Virus record (IMG/VR): IMGVR_UViG_3300005617_000028
Location: 65,140-129,139 of that record
Length of the DNA: 64,000 nucleotides
Strand: one strand, 5' to 3'
DNA from: a virus
Positions 45,692-56,821 of the stretch are shown piece by piece (positions within the stretch are counted from its first letter, which is position 1; each line of letters starts with the position of its first letter). The position numbers and the translations under genes were made by a program. A model generated the notes under the pieces. It made no database searches. It had not been told where the DNA came from and worked only from the letters and a program-made list of their open reading frames with translations.

Positions 45692-48600
45692 CCGACTCCA
45701 TCCTGGTCGTCAAAAGCAGCACCCCGTCGGTGGTGGAAGTCGTCACCTCCGGCCCCGCCGGCCCCGCGGGAGCCGACTCCACCGTCCCCGGGCCGGCCGG
45801 AGCTGATGGACTGGACGGGGCTGACGGCGCGGACGGTACCGACGGCGCCGACTCCACCACGCCCGGCCCCATCGGACCCACCGGAGCCGACGGCCCCGCC
45901 GGCCCGCCCGGAGCCGACGGAGCAGACGGAGTCGATGGCGCCGACGGCGCTGACGGACTACCCGGGCCAGCCGGAGCAGACTCCACAGTGCCCGGGCCGA
46001 TCGGGCCCATGGGGCCCGCCGGCGCTGACGGCCTGGATGGACTGCCCGGAGCCGACTCCACCGTGCCAGGACCCACCGGGGCTGATGGTCCCACCGGCCC
46101 CGCCGGCGCTGACGGCATTGACGGCATTGACGGTATTGACGGCGCAACCGGCCCAGCCGGAGCGGACTCCATCATCCCCGGCCCCACCGGCCCGACTGGA
46201 GCAGACGGTCCCATGGGGCCCGCTGGAGCGGACTCCACCGTCCCCGGGCCCGTCGGACCCGACGGAGCAGTAGGGCCAGCCGGCGCGGACGGTCTGGCCG
46301 GCATTGATGGCGCTGTCGGTCCCATCGGCCCCACCGGTGCGGACGGCCCGATCGGGGCTGACGGCCCAGCCGGACCCATCGGCGCGGACGGACCAGCGGG
46401 ACCGGTCGGCCCTGCCGGCCTCGACGGGGCCGACGGCGCAGATTCCACCGTGCCAGGACCCGTCGGGCCCGCCGGCCCCGCTGGCATAGATGGCATCGAC
46501 GGAGCTACCGGCGCGACCGGGCCAGCAGGGGTGGATGGCGTCGATGGCGCAATCGGACCGGTTGGACCCATCGGCGCAGACGGCCTCGCCGGACCCATCG
46601 GACCCGTAGGTCCTGCCGGCGCGGACGGACTGGACGGCGCCGACTCGGTTGTCCCCGGACCGACTGGTCCGACCGGCGCAACCGGCCCGTCGGGTGCTGA
46701 TGGTGCTGATGGTGTTGATGGAGCCACCGGCCCCGCTGGCAATGACGGTGTCGATGGCGCAGTGGGCGCTGATGGACCGATCGGGCTCACCGGACCGATC
46801 GGGCTCACCGGACCGATCGGGCTCACCGGACCGATCGGGCTCACCGGCGCGACTGGGGCAGCCGGCCCAGCCGGTATAGATGGGCTTGACGGTGCTACCG
46901 GCGCAACCGGTCCGGCCGGCGCTGACGGCGTCGACGGCGCAACGGGTCCCGCTGGACTTGACGGTGCTGACGGAGCTACCGGCCCAGCAGGCGCAGACGG
47001 ACCGATGGGGCTTACCGGCCCCGTTGGCCTCACTGGACCGACCGGGCTCACTGGACCGATCGGGGCCGACGGCGCAGACGGTCTTGACGGAGCGACGGGG
47101 CCCGCTGGTGCGGACGGTCTTGATGGAGCAGTAGGACCGACCGGGTTGACAGGGCCGACCGGGCTCACCGGTCCGATTGGCCTGACCGGCGTAGACGGGC
47201 CCGCTGGCGCTGACGGTCTTGACGGAGCGGACGGGGCTACCGGACCAGCGGGTGCGGATGGCGCCGACGGCCTGCCCGGAATTGACGGAGCGCCCGGCCC
47301 TGCCGGCGCGGATGGTCTCGACGGCGCTGATTCAACTGTTCCCGGACCGGTAGGTCCGATCGGCCCGACCGGGCTCATGGGACCCGCGGGCACCGACGGC
47401 GCTACCGGTCCAGTTGGGCCCATGGGCGTAATTGGGCCCACCGGTGCTGTCGGCCCCATCGGACCGGCTGGTATTGACGGCGCTGACGGAGCGATTGGAC
47501 CCGCCGGCGCTGACGGAGCCGATGGCGCCACTGGACCCGCCGGCATTGACGGCATAGATGGCGCCGACGGTGCTGACGGCGCAATCGGACCAACAGGACC
47601 CACCGGCGCGACCGGGGCTGCTGGCATGGACGGTGCTGACGGCCTGACCGGACCCGCCGGTGCCGATGGAGCAATTGGTCCAGCAGGCGCCGACGGCGTA
47701 GACGGCGTCGACGGAGCCACCGGTCCCGCTGGCTCCGTCGGGCCAACCGGCCCGATTGGACTGACCGGAGCAACCGGTTCGACAGGTCTGACTGGCCCAG
47801 CTGGCATTGACGGCCCAACCGGCCCCGCAGGTATTGACGGAACCGACGGCGCGACAGGCCCGGCCGGCGCCGATGGAATTGATGGAGCGGACGGTGCCAC
47901 CGGCGCTACCGGACCCGTAGGACCAACCGGGACGACGGGACTTACCGGTCCGACAGGTCCAATCGGGCTTACCGGTCCAGCAGGAACCGACGGAGCAGAC
48001 GGAGCCGACGGAGCTATAGGCCCCGCAGGAGTCGATGGCGCGACAGGCCCAGCCGGCGCGGATGGGGCCGATGGTGCTGTCGGGCCCGCGGGCGTGGACG
48101 GAGCCGATGGCGCTATCGGCCCGGCCGGACCTACTGGTGCCACCGGCGCGACTGGTTCCACCGGCGCGACTGGGCTGACCGGTGCGATTGGTCCGATCGG
48201 CCCAGCAGGGATCGATGGAGTCGATGGAGCAGTCGGGCCCGCGGGCACCGACGGGGCCGATGGTGCTACCGGACCTGCTGGCCCAACAGGCCCAGCCGGT
48301 GCTGACGGCATCGATGGAGCGGTTGGCCCAGCCGGGGCGGACTCCACCGTGCCCGGACCGGCTGGTGCGGGTGGGATCGACGGAGCGGACTCCACCGTCC
48401 CCGGGCCTGTAGGCCCGGCTGGTGCCACGGGTCTGACAGGTGCCACCGGCTCCATCGGGCTCACCGGGGCCACCGGTCCGATCGGGCTCACCGGGGCCGT
48501 TGGCCCGGCTGGAGCAGACGGGATAGATGGAGCCACCGGCCCCGCCGGTGCCGACGGTGCCGACGGTGCCGATGGCCTGCCCGGGGCTGACTCCACGGTG

Positions 48601-51600
48601 CCAGGGCCGGCCGGGGCGGATGGGGCCGATTCGACTGTGCCAGGCCCGGCGGGACCCACCGGCGCAACCGGACCCACCGGCGCTACGGGGCCAGCTGGAG
48701 CAGACGGCGCTGACTCCACCGTCGCAGGACCCACCGGCGCCACTGGCTTGACTGGCCCCACCGGTGCTACCGGCTTGACCGGTGCCACCGGCGCTATCGG
48801 TCCTGCGGGCGCTGTTGGCCTAACAGGCCCCGCCGGCGCGGACGGCGTTGACGGGATTGACGGGGCAACGGGACCGGCTGGCGCGGACGGCCTGGACGGA
48901 GTTGACGGCCCGATCGGGCTCACAGGAGCGACGGGACCGGCTGGCGCCGACGGGGCAGATGGCGCGGACGGCGCCGACTCGACGGTTCCTGGCCCCGCAG
49001 GAGCAACTGGAGCGACCGGCCCGACCGGAGCGACCGGCCCGACCGGAGCGACCGGCCCAGCCGGCGCGGATGGCGTAGACGGCCTTGATGGAGCCGACTC
49101 GACCGTGCCTGGGCCCACCGGGCCCGCCGGGCCTACAGGTCCAACAGGAGCGACCGGGGCAACCGGTCCGACTGGCGCTACCGGAGCGACCGGTTCTACC
49201 GGGGCAACAGGCGACCCGGCGACCAACCTGGTGACCTCGGTCGCCGGACGCCAGGGCGTGGTGGTCCTGGTCAAAGGCGATGTCGGTCTGTCCAGTGTGG
49301 ACAATACCGCGGACGCCGACAAGCCCGTGTCGACCGCGCAGGCGACCGCCAACACCGCTGACCGGATGCGCGCAAATCACACCGGTACACAGCTTGCGGT
49401 GACGATCTCCGACTTCGCGGCGGCCGCGGATGCCCGCATCAGTGCTGACGTCACCGTCAAACAGCCCCTCGATGCTGACCTGACCGCCATCGCCGCACTT
49501 GCACCGCCCAATGACAGCGTGCTGCAGCGCAAGGGCAGTGTCTGGGTCGCGAGCACACCAGCCACCATCAAGGCAGACCTACTGCTCGTCAAGGCGGATG
49601 TCGGTTTGTCCAACGTGGACAACACGGCAGACGTCGACAAGCCTGTCAGCACCGCGCAGGCGGCCGCCAACACGAGCGACCGGGCTCGCGCAAACCACAC
49701 CGGTACCCAACTCGCTGTTACCGTCTCCGACTTCTCGGCTGCCGTAGACGCCCGTATCGGTGCCGACTCCACGGTGAAGCAGCCGCTGGACTCGGACCTG
49801 ACCGCGATCGCCGCGCTGGCGCCTGCGAATGACACCGTCCTTCAGCGCAAGGGCGACGTTTGGGTCGCGAGCACCCCGGCCACCGTTAAGACAGATCTGG
49901 TCCTCGTCAAGGCGGACGTGGGACTGTCCAACGTGGACAACACGTCCGACACAAACAAGCCGGTGTCCACCGCACAGTCCGCGGCGGACGCCCTGCGGGT
50001 ACTGAAGACCGGCGACACGATGACCGGCCTGTTGACCGTGACGTCCGGCGGCGCTATCGGCGTGCAGCTGAACGGTGGGGTGCTGCGCACCCTGGACGCC
50101 ACGCTGCGCTACCGCAACGACATTCAGGTCAACTCGTCGGGCCTGAGCTTCATCCCGTGGGACAACACGGGCGGCGTAGGTATGCCGATCACGTTGAACG
50201 GCATCAGCGTCCTGGTCAACAGTTCGTTGCAGACAACCGGAACGCTGACATTCGGTTCCGCGGGCGACACCAACCTGTACCGTTCCGCGGCCGACACACT
50301 GAAGACCGACGATTCCCTGATCGTGGCCGGTAACCTCACGGTCACTGGTACAACCACAGGTACGTTCGTCGACGCCTCGAAGCTTCCACTGGCCGGCGGC
50401 ACCATGACGGGCCAGCTCGACGTCAACGTCAACACCGGGATCAAGGTACGGGCGGGCACCTCGGGCTTCACCCTTCAAGAGAACAACACCAATATCTGGC
50501 AGTTCGCCCCGGTCACCGCCACCGCTGCAGCGCTGCGGGTCGTGTCGGCGGACTTCGTCATCGCCTCGGACGGGGTTTTCAAGCTGCTGTTCGGCTCCAC
50601 ATCGGACACCAACCTGTACCGGTCCGCGGCTGACCAACTCAAGACCGATGACGCTTTCGTCGTCGCGGGCATCTCGTACTCCCTGGCGGAGAACCGTTCA
50701 CAGGTGGCCACCTCCGGCGACGTGGCGTACGGAGTACTGTCCGCTGGTGCGGGTGTGCGCCAGCTCGCCATCATGGGCGACGGCTCGATGCGGTGGAGTT
50801 CCGGAGCAGCGGCATACGACACCACCCTGTACCGCTCTGCGGTCGGCACGCTGACCACCGACGGTCAGCTGACTGCCGGCGGCAGCCTCATCTCCACTGG
50901 CGGGACGGTCACTGCCTCCAGCACCAACGTCGGTAACTTCGTAGCCAACCAGGCCGTGGCCTCGGGCGGTAGCGCCGGTCTCTACCTGCAGGTCGCCACC
51001 GTCAGCAAGTGGTCGCTCTACATGGCGGGCGCCAACGACCAGCACCTCTACCTACGGGACGTCGCCAATTCCCGGATGATGGTGACGTTCACGCCGGGCG
51101 CACCCGGTTCGATGGTGGTGGACGGCTCGTTGCAGACGACCGGCGCGATCACCGCCGGGGGGGTACTGCTGACCGGCGGTGCGACGTTGGCCGCCAATAC
51201 CGGGGCTGCACTCTACCTCACCACTAACGGCATCGCCGGGTCCAACGCCGCGCCCCTGTACCCGCTGTTGGAGTTCCGCGGGTACGCCAACGCTGCCAAG
51301 GCCCGTATCCGCGCCTCGGAGCAGACCGCGGACACCAACGGCTCGATCCTGTCGTTCTGGGCCAACGACAACGTGGGAACCGGCGGCACGATCACCGAGC
51401 GCATCCGCATGTCGTACACGGGTGCCGCGCTCACCCCGAACCCCGCGCCGGGTGGCGTGGAGATCCTAACCAGCCTGGCCGTCGACGGCACCGTCTACTT
51501 CGGTACGGCGGCCGACACCAACCTGTACCGGTCCGCCGCCGACACACTCAAGACCGACGATACGTTGATCGTGGCCGGCACGGTGCTGGCCCTGGATCAC

Positions 51601-52716
51601 GCCTCGGCGCCCCGCCTGCAGTTGATGGTCGCCGGCACGGAGCGTGCCTACATCACGACCACCTCGGGTGGCATAACGCGCTTCGATTCAGACGCCAGCC
51701 TGACGTTCGCGACGAACAACCTCGTCGCACTGGTGATCTCCACCACCGGGGTGTTGCAGCTCGGGACCGCCAGCGACACCAACCTCTACCGCCTGAGTGC
51801 GAACGCGCTGAAGACGGATGGCAGCCTGACCGTCGTCGGTGCTATGGGCGTCAACGGCGCCACGGCGGGCGCGGTCGCCAAGTTCGAGGTGGCCACGACC
51901 GGTGGTGACGGTGTCAAGATCACCAGCACTGCGCAGAACAACTGGCCGTTGAACATCTCATCGATCAACGCGACCACGTCCAACGGCATCTATCTGGATA
52001 TCCGGGGGCAGGCGGACTCCAACTACGCGATCCTGGTGCGCAACAACGCCACCGATTTGTTCCGGGTGACGTCGCTGTCCGGCAACGTGTACGCGCTGGG
52101 GACCATCACCACCCCGTCGACCGTGTCGGCCGCCACGGTGGCGACCGCCAACCTGACCGCCACCTCCGACATCCGGGTGACCCGCGCCGCCGCCAACTCG
52201 GCGTACCTGACGTACGTGGGCACCGACTCGGCGCACAGCTTCCGGATCGACACGGGTGGTCTGCACCAGTGGGGGCCGGGCGGCGCCGCGGCGATCGACA
52301 CCAACCTGTACCGGGCGAGTGCTGCATCGCTGCGCACCGACGGGGAGATGGTCGCCAACACCTTCTGGGCGATGACCGGCATCACGGCGTACGGGACGGT
52401 GACGGTCAACGACTCGTTCAGTATGCGTGGCTCGCAGTTCGTGATGGCCCCGGTGGCCAAGACGGTGGACACGACCCTGGCCTTCGCGACGGACCGGTAC
52501 GCCGTGGCGAATAAGACGACCGGCATCATGACCCTGCCGGCCGCGTCGTCGTGTACCGGGGCACTGATAGCGGTGAAGAACATCAACATCTCGTCGTGTC
52601 AGGTGAAAGCCGTCAGCGGCACCATCGACGGTGCCGCTGCGTCGGTCGGGATCGCGCTGGCCCAGTGGGCGGTGAAGACGTTCCTGTCCGACGGCACCAA
52701 CTGGCTGACTGTCTAA
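45688..52716 (+). CDS. Giant collagen-like fibre protein (2342 aa)
   Basis: ~1150 aa of Gly-X-Y; 3x [18 protein letters not shown]; 6x DT(N/T)LYR....L.TD; C-terminal TLPAA...TIDG...SDGTNW tip. Confidence 0.9.
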   Translation: MTDSILVVKSSTPSVVEVVTSGPAGPAGADSTVPGPAGADGLDGADGADGTDGADSTTPGPIGPTGADGPAGPPGADGADGVDGADGADGLPGPAGADSTVPGPIGPMGPAGADGLDGLPGADSTVPGPTGADGPTGPAGADGIDGIDGIDGATGPAGADSIIPGPTGPTGADGPMGPAGADSTVPGPVGPDGAVGPAGADGLAGIDGAVGPIGPTGADGPIGADGPAGPIGADGPAGPVGPAGLDGADGADSTVPGPVGPAGPAGIDGIDGATGATGPAGVDGVDGAIGPVGPIGADGLAGPIGPVGPAGADGLDGADSVVPGPTGPTGATGPSGADGADGVDGATGPAGNDGVDGAVGADGPIGLTGPIGLTGPIGLTGPIGLTGATGAAGPAGIDGLDGATGATGPAGADGVDGATGPAGLDGADGATGPAGADGPMGLTGPVGLTGPTGLTGPIGADGADGLDGATGPAGADGLDGAVGPTGLTGPTGLTGPIGLTGVDGPAGADGLDGADGATGPAGADGADGLPGIDGAPGPAGADGLDGADSTVPGPVGPIGPTGLMGPAGTDGATGPVGPMGVIGPTGAVGPIGPAGIDGADGAIGPAGADGADGATGPAGIDGIDGADGADGAIGPTGPTGATGAAGMDGADGLTGPAGADGAIGPAGADGVDGVDGATGPAGSVGPTGPIGLTGATGSTGLTGPAGIDGPTGPAGIDGTDGATGPAGADGIDGADGATGATGPVGPTGTTGLTGPTGPIGLTGPAGTDGADGADGAIGPAGVDGATGPAGADGADGAVGPAGVDGADGAIGPAGPTGATGATGSTGATGLTGAIGPIGPAGIDGVDGAVGPAGTDGADGATGPAGPTGPAGADGIDGAVGPAGADSTVPGPAGAGGIDGADSTVPGPVGPAGATGLTGATGSIGLTGATGPIGLTGAVGPAGADGIDGATGPAGADGADGADGLPGADSTVPGPAGADGADSTVPGPAGPTGATGPTGATGPAGADGADSTVAGPTGATGLTGPTGATGLTGATGAIGPAGAVGLTGPAGADGVDGIDGATGPAGADGLDGVDGPIGLTGATGPAGADGADGADGADSTVPGPAGATGATGPTGATGPTGATGPAGADGVDGLDGADSTVPGPTGPAGPTGPTGATGATGPTGATGATGSTGATGDPATNLVTSVAGRQGVVVLVKGDVGLSSVDNTADADKPVSTAQATANTADRMRANHTGTQLAVTISDFAAAADARISADVTVKQPLDADLTAIAALAPPNDSVLQRKGSVWVASTPATIKADLLLVKADVGLSNVDNTADVDKPVSTAQAAANTSDRARANHTGTQLAVTVSDFSAAVDARIGADSTVKQPLDSDLTAIAALAPANDTVLQRKGDVWVASTPATVKTDLVLVKADVGLSNVDNTSDTNKPVSTAQSAADALRVLKTGDTMTGLLTVTSGGAIGVQLNGGVLRTLDATLRYRNDIQVNSSGLSFIPWDNTGGVGMPITLNGISVLVNSSLQTTGTLTFGSAGDTNLYRSAADTLKTDDSLIVAGNLTVTGTTTGTFVDASKLPLAGGTMTGQLDVNVNTGIKVRAGTSGFTLQENNTNIWQFAPVTATAAALRVVSADFVIASDGVFKLLFGSTSDTNLYRSAADQLKTDDAFVVAGISYSLAENRSQVATSGDVAYGVLSAGAGVRQLAIMGDGSMRWSSGAAAYDTTLYRSAVGTLTTDGQLTAGGSLISTGGTVTASSTNVGNFVANQAVASGGSAGLYLQVATVSKWSLYMAGANDQHLYLRDVANSRMMVTFTPGAPGSMVVDGSLQTTGAITAGGVLLTGGATLAANTGAALYLTTNGIAGSNAAPLYPLLEFRGYANAAKARIRASEQTADTNGSILSFWANDNVGTGGTITERIRMSYTGAALTPNPAPGGVEILTSLAVDGTVYFGTAADTNLYRSAADTLKTDDTLIVAGTVLALDHASAPRLQLMVAGTERAYITTTSGGITRFDSDASLTFATNNLVALVISTTGVLQLGTASDTNLYRLSANALKTDGSLTVVGAMGVNGATAGAVAKFEVATTGGDGVKITSTAQNNWPLNISSINATTSNGIYLDIRGQADSNYAILVRNNATDLFRVTSLSGNVYALGTITTPSTVSAATVATANLTATSDIRVTRAAANSAYLTYVGTDSAHSFRIDTGGLHQWGPGGAAAIDTNLYRASAASLRTDGEMVANTFWAMTGITAYGTVTVNDSFSMRGSQFVMAPVAKTVDTTLAFATDRYAVANKTTGIMTLPAASSCTGALIAVKNINISSCQVKAVSGTIDGAAASVGIALAQWAVKTFLSDGTNWLTV
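46774..46845 (+). repeat. Perfect 18-bp tandem repeat x4 within the collagen gene
   Basis: GGACCGATCGGGCTCACC x4 (GPIGLT). Confidence 0.9.
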
Positions 52717-52733
52717 AAAGGATGGAGCATGAA

Positions 52734-52925
52734 ATGCCGCAACAAATCGAGGTCGCCGCAGAAGAGCTGATCACGGCATTCCAGAAGGAGTGGCCGTTGC
52801 AGTACGAGGTGACCGCGCTGCGACTGGTCAACGCCAAGCAGGCCGCCCAGCTGTCGGCGATCAACAGCGCCACCACTGAGCCGGCCCGGCTCGGCCCAGC
52901 GGAAGACTTGCCTGCCGGCAGGTAG
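52734..52925 (+). CDS. Small hypothetical protein, possible fibre chaperone
   Basis: GGAG RBS directly after the fibre gene. Confidence 0.55.
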   Translation: MPQQIEVAAEELITAFQKEWPLQYEVTALRLVNAKQAAQLSAINSATTEPARLGPAEDLPAGR

Positions 52926-52933
52926 TAGACCTT

Positions 52934-54838
52934 GTGAGTTACGACTTCGCGGACATGCTCCGCCAGACCGCCCAGAGCAGCACCGCCGGGGCGGCCGGGG
53001 CGGTGTTCAGCGAAGAACCGGTGAGCCTGACCACCTTTGTGCAGGACCGCAGGTTCCTGGGCAATCCGCCACTGTCGGATGTGCAGTTCGCCGCGGTCCG
53101 CCACACCGAACGCATCTTCTACCCGCACACGTACCCGCTGCTGGCCGCTGAGTTCGAGGCTGCCAAGCAAGAGGGCCGCTTGCATGTCGGCCCAGCTACG
53201 GCGTGGCGGGAGCAGAAGTACTGGTCCGAGCCGGTGCAGCTGGTCAACTTCATTACCCTGCAATGGGGTAAGGGTGGCGGCAAGGACCACGTCTGCCGGG
53301 TGGCGTCCCTGCGGGTGGCGTACCTGCTGCTGTGCCTGCGTAGCCCACAGGGGTACTACGGCCTCCCAGCGCAGGACACCATCCACCTGCTCAACGTCGC
53401 CTCCAGCTCCGGTCAGGCCCAGCAGGCGTTCTTTATCCCCATCACCCGGGTGGTGCGCGACAGCAGCTGGTTCGCTGACCGGTGTGACCCGAAGCAGAAC
53501 ACCATCAGCTTCGACAAGAACGTCGAGTCGATGTCGGGGCACTCCGACGCCGAGACGCAGGAAGGGCTCAACCTGCTGCTCGGCATCGCTGACGAGATCG
53601 ACGCCTTCAAGTCCCGAAAGGAGATGGCGGGCCGCCGCGGTGTTACCGCCCGTGAACCCACCAAGAGCGCTGAGGGCATCCTCAACATGCTGCGTACCTC
53701 CGGATCCACCCGGTTCCCGGAGGTCTTCAAGAACATGCGGATCAGTTACCCGCGGTTCCTCGGATCCACCATCCAGCGGCTCACCGCGGAAGCACGCGCC
53801 GACGTGATCGCCCGCGGTGTGGACACCCGCCACTACGTGTCCGGGCCACTGGCGACGTGGGAAGTGAACCCACGGGTGAAAGACAAGGACGTCTTCGCCG
53901 CCGACTACATCGAAGACCCCGTGATGGCCCGCAGCAAGTACGAGTGCAAGCCGGCCCGCGCGGTCAACCCGTACTTCCGCAACCACCAGGCCATCGACGC
54001 CTGCTTCGTGCCGACCCCCGTCATGCCCCTCGAAGTCGACTACCGGGTGGAGCAGGGCGCCGGATCCGGGGCGTGGATACCGGTCTACACCTTTGGCGGT
54101 CAGCTCTACCCGATCCGCGGCGCCCGCTACGCGATGCACGCCGACCTGGCTGTCACCGGCGACCGGGCCGGCGTCACCATGGCACACGTGGTCCGTTACA
54201 GCGAGCACGAGACCATCGCCGAAGACGGCGACGGCGCGCCGCACCCGATCCGGGAGATCCGCCCCCACGTCAAAGTCGATTTCGTAATCTCCTACGAGGC
54301 CTCCGCGTCGACCCGACCACCCCGCGAGATCCAGATCCGCTGGGCCCGTCAACTCGCCTTCGAACTGATCCGTCGGGGCTTCAATATAGTGAGATACACC
54401 TTCGACTCGTTCCAGTCGCGCGATTCTATGCAGATCCTGGACAGTCGGGGGATTGAGTGTTCCCGGGTGTCCACCGACACCTCCGAGGACCCGTGGCGTA
54501 CCTTGCGGGACCTGTCCTACGAGGGCCGGCTCATCATCCCCTGCCCCGTTGGTTTCGATGAGCCTGATGCCGCGCCGTTTCTGTTGCGCGATGAGCTGTT
54601 CAGCCTCACCCGGATGCCCAACGGCCGGGTCGACCACCCCTCCGACGGGTCGAAGGACACAGCTGATTCGTTGGCGTGTGCGGTCTTCGGGGCCGTCAAC
54701 ATCGGTGGCAAGGAGATGGAGGACGGCCAACGCGCGCACTACGGCACCTCTGTCATCAGCGTCGGTGGGACCTTCCAGATGCCGTTGGGGGTCAACCTCG
54801 CCAACGTGTTCGGCGCCTCCCTGCCCGGGGTCGACTGA
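52934..54838 (+). CDS. Terminase large subunit
   Basis: WGKGGGKD Walker A, IADEID Walker B, ISYP, TWEVNP, MHADLA nuclease, TFD.FQS, DHP..GSKD.AD. Confidence 0.9.
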   Translation: MSYDFADMLRQTAQSSTAGAAGAVFSEEPVSLTTFVQDRRFLGNPPLSDVQFAAVRHTERIFYPHTYPLLAAEFEAAKQEGRLHVGPATAWREQKYWSEPVQLVNFITLQWGKGGGKDHVCRVASLRVAYLLLCLRSPQGYYGLPAQDTIHLLNVASSSGQAQQAFFIPITRVVRDSSWFADRCDPKQNTISFDKNVESMSGHSDAETQEGLNLLLGIADEIDAFKSRKEMAGRRGVTAREPTKSAEGILNMLRTSGSTRFPEVFKNMRISYPRFLGSTIQRLTAEARADVIARGVDTRHYVSGPLATWEVNPRVKDKDVFAADYIEDPVMARSKYECKPARAVNPYFRNHQAIDACFVPTPVMPLEVDYRVEQGAGSGAWIPVYTFGGQLYPIRGARYAMHADLAVTGDRAGVTMAHVVRYSEHETIAEDGDGAPHPIREIRPHVKVDFVISYEASASTRPPREIQIRWARQLAFELIRRGFNIVRYTFDSFQSRDSMQILDSRGIECSRVSTDTSEDPWRTLRDLSYEGRLIIPCPVGFDEPDAAPFLLRDELFSLTRMPNGRVDHPSDGSKDTADSLACAVFGAVNIGGKEMEDGQRAHYGTSVISVGGTFQMPLGVNLANVFGASLPGVD

Positions 54839-54895
54839 CCCGGCGCCGATATGGCACAGGGAGACACCCGGTGGTTCGAAGGACGGTGGTAGGCG

Positions 54896-56806
54896 ATGTC
54901 CCGGCCGATAGACCAGCTCCGTAAAGGTGTGACGCCGAAGCCGCCACAGACCTCCGAGGTGGGCGTGTCGGCCCACCTGCCGTTCATGGTGTCCTACCGC
55001 AACGCCTGGGAAACCCTGCGCAGCGAAGAGGTCACCGTCGCCCAGCTGGTGGCGATGCGCAAGACCGACGGGCAGGCCCGCGCCCTGTACCGGCTGATCA
55101 CCCTGCCGATACGGGCCGCCCTCAAAGCGGCCACGTTTGTGCCGGAAACCAATGTGGAGGGCGGGGAGGAGGAGGCTGCGTTCATCGAGCAGATGTTCAC
55201 CCTGCCCACTGAGGCCGGGGGGATGTCGGTACCGTTCGGCCGGGTCATCGCCCAGTTCCTGATGGCCGTCTTCGACGGGTTCTCCGCCTTCGAAATGGTC
55301 TACTGGGCGCCACGTAGCGGCCCGCTGAAAGACAAGTGGACGTTGAAGAAGCTCGCTCAGCGGCCGTCGGAGTCGGTGACCTTCCTGCTGGACAACCACA
55401 GCGAGTGGGTCGGGCTACGCCAGCGGACCATGTACCAGAACCGCAACATCGACGTCACCATCAAGGCGGAGGACTGCGTCTACTACGCCGCCAACGAGGA
55501 GGAGCGCGCCTTCTACGGGCAGAGCTACTTCCAGGCCGCGTTCTACCACTGGGACAAGAAGTTCCGCCTGTACGTCATCGCCCACATCGCCTGCCAGCGC
55601 GCCGCGGTGGGCACCCGCGTCGGCACCGTACCGGCCAGCCCGGACACCACCGAAGAGGCCAGCTTCAAAAAGGCCCTCGCCGACCTGGGCGTCGCCCAGT
55701 ACATGACCATCCCCGACGGGTACAAGGTCGACTCGCTGCGGGAAGGCACCAACTTCGACTTCCTCGCCTACATCAACCACCACAACTCCCAGATGTCGAA
55801 GAGTGTGCTCGCCCCGTTCTTCGACGACAACCAGGGCTCCGGCGGCGACACCACACTGGTCGACTTCGGCCGGCAGTCCGACGCGCTGTTCCTGCTGATG
55901 CTGGAAACGATCATGGGGGAGCTGGAGGAGGTCATCAACCAGCAGGTCATTCCGCGGTTCATCAACTGGAATTTCGGGACCGGCAAGTACCCCAAGTTCC
56001 AGTTCGGCTCCCTCAGCCAGGAGCAGAAGGCGGCCCTGCTGGACATGTTCAAGACCCTGTCCACCGCCGGGCAGGCCCTGACCATCAGCCCCGAATTCGT
56101 GCACGAGCTAGAAAAGCAGGTCGCCGAACAGTTCGGCCTGGAAATCGACTACGACAGCATCGAAGCCCAGATGGCCGAGGAGGCCCAAGCGGCCGCCGAC
56201 CAGCTCGCCGCCGGCGTGGCCCCGGGGCAGGAGGGCGCCGCCGTGTCGGTCGCCGCCGTCGACCCGTCGCTGGTGCCCACCGGGTTTGTGCTCAGCCACC
56301 CCGACTCCGGGGTTGAACTGACCCGCGGCGTACCCACCACCGGCGGGCCGAAGGTCGTCCGAACCCCGGCCGGCGCCCGCGCCTACGGCGAGCCGATCGG
56401 CACCCCGATCAGCCGGGACATGGCCCAGCGCACCGCCAAGGAGGGTGTGAAGGGCAAGCCCTACGGCGGGCAGCGAGGCAAGCCCGGCCAGAGCGGACAC
56501 CAGGTCTACGGCGGTGGCCCCGGCGCGCAGGCCCAGAACCCGGGTGGGGTGGTCACGGTGGCTGATGCGCACACCACGCCCAAGCGGGTTCTCACCAATA
56601 CCGCTTCGCCCGGCGCGCAGCTGCTCGACTTCGGCGACGGGACTGTGGCCATCCGCGATGCGCAGGGCCACCTTTCCGCCCGACAGCATTTCGACATCAA
56701 GGCGTTCATCAAACTCGGCTGGGCGGTGCAGGCTTCGCCGACCAAGGCGCCGCCGGCAGTGCGCGGGGCCGGCCGGGCTGCGGCGAAACCGTTGCCGGCC
56801 CGCTGA
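54896..56806 (+). CDS. Portal protein (DUF935-like) with C-terminal extension
   Basis: Follows terminase; GFSAFEMVY, YGQS, I.HHN.QMSKSVLA.F, YPKF.FG. Confidence 0.85.
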   Translation: MSRPIDQLRKGVTPKPPQTSEVGVSAHLPFMVSYRNAWETLRSEEVTVAQLVAMRKTDGQARALYRLITLPIRAALKAATFVPETNVEGGEEEAAFIEQMFTLPTEAGGMSVPFGRVIAQFLMAVFDGFSAFEMVYWAPRSGPLKDKWTLKKLAQRPSESVTFLLDNHSEWVGLRQRTMYQNRNIDVTIKAEDCVYYAANEEERAFYGQSYFQAAFYHWDKKFRLYVIAHIACQRAAVGTRVGTVPASPDTTEEASFKKALADLGVAQYMTIPDGYKVDSLREGTNFDFLAYINHHNSQMSKSVLAPFFDDNQGSGGDTTLVDFGRQSDALFLLMLETIMGELEEVINQQVIPRFINWNFGTGKYPKFQFGSLSQEQKAALLDMFKTLSTAGQALTISPEFVHELEKQVAEQFGLEIDYDSIEAQMAEEAQAAADQLAAGVAPGQEGAAVSVAAVDPSLVPTGFVLSHPDSGVELTRGVPTTGGPKVVRTPAGARAYGEPIGTPISRDMAQRTAKEGVKGKPYGGQRGKPGQSGHQVYGGGPGAQAQNPGGVVTVADAHTTPKRVLTNTASPGAQLLDFGDGTVAIRDAQGHLSARQHFDIKAFIKLGWAVQASPTKAPPAVRGAGRAAAKPLPAR

Positions 56807-56821
56807 GCCGATTAGAAGGGT

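Noticed and set aside
45633-49355. 1240-aa minus-strand Pro-rich ORF
   Set aside because: Antisense shadow of the Gly-X-Y collagen frame.
50260-52350. DTNLYR repeats as diversity-generating retroelement template/variable repeats
   Set aside because: All copies are in-frame coding, differences are not adenine-specific, and no reverse transcriptase is present in the window.
52613-55399. 928-aa minus-strand ORF and other long alternative-frame ORFs (e.g. 38048-40066)
   Set aside because: High-GC shadow frames overlapping clearly identified terminase, portal and dnaN genes.
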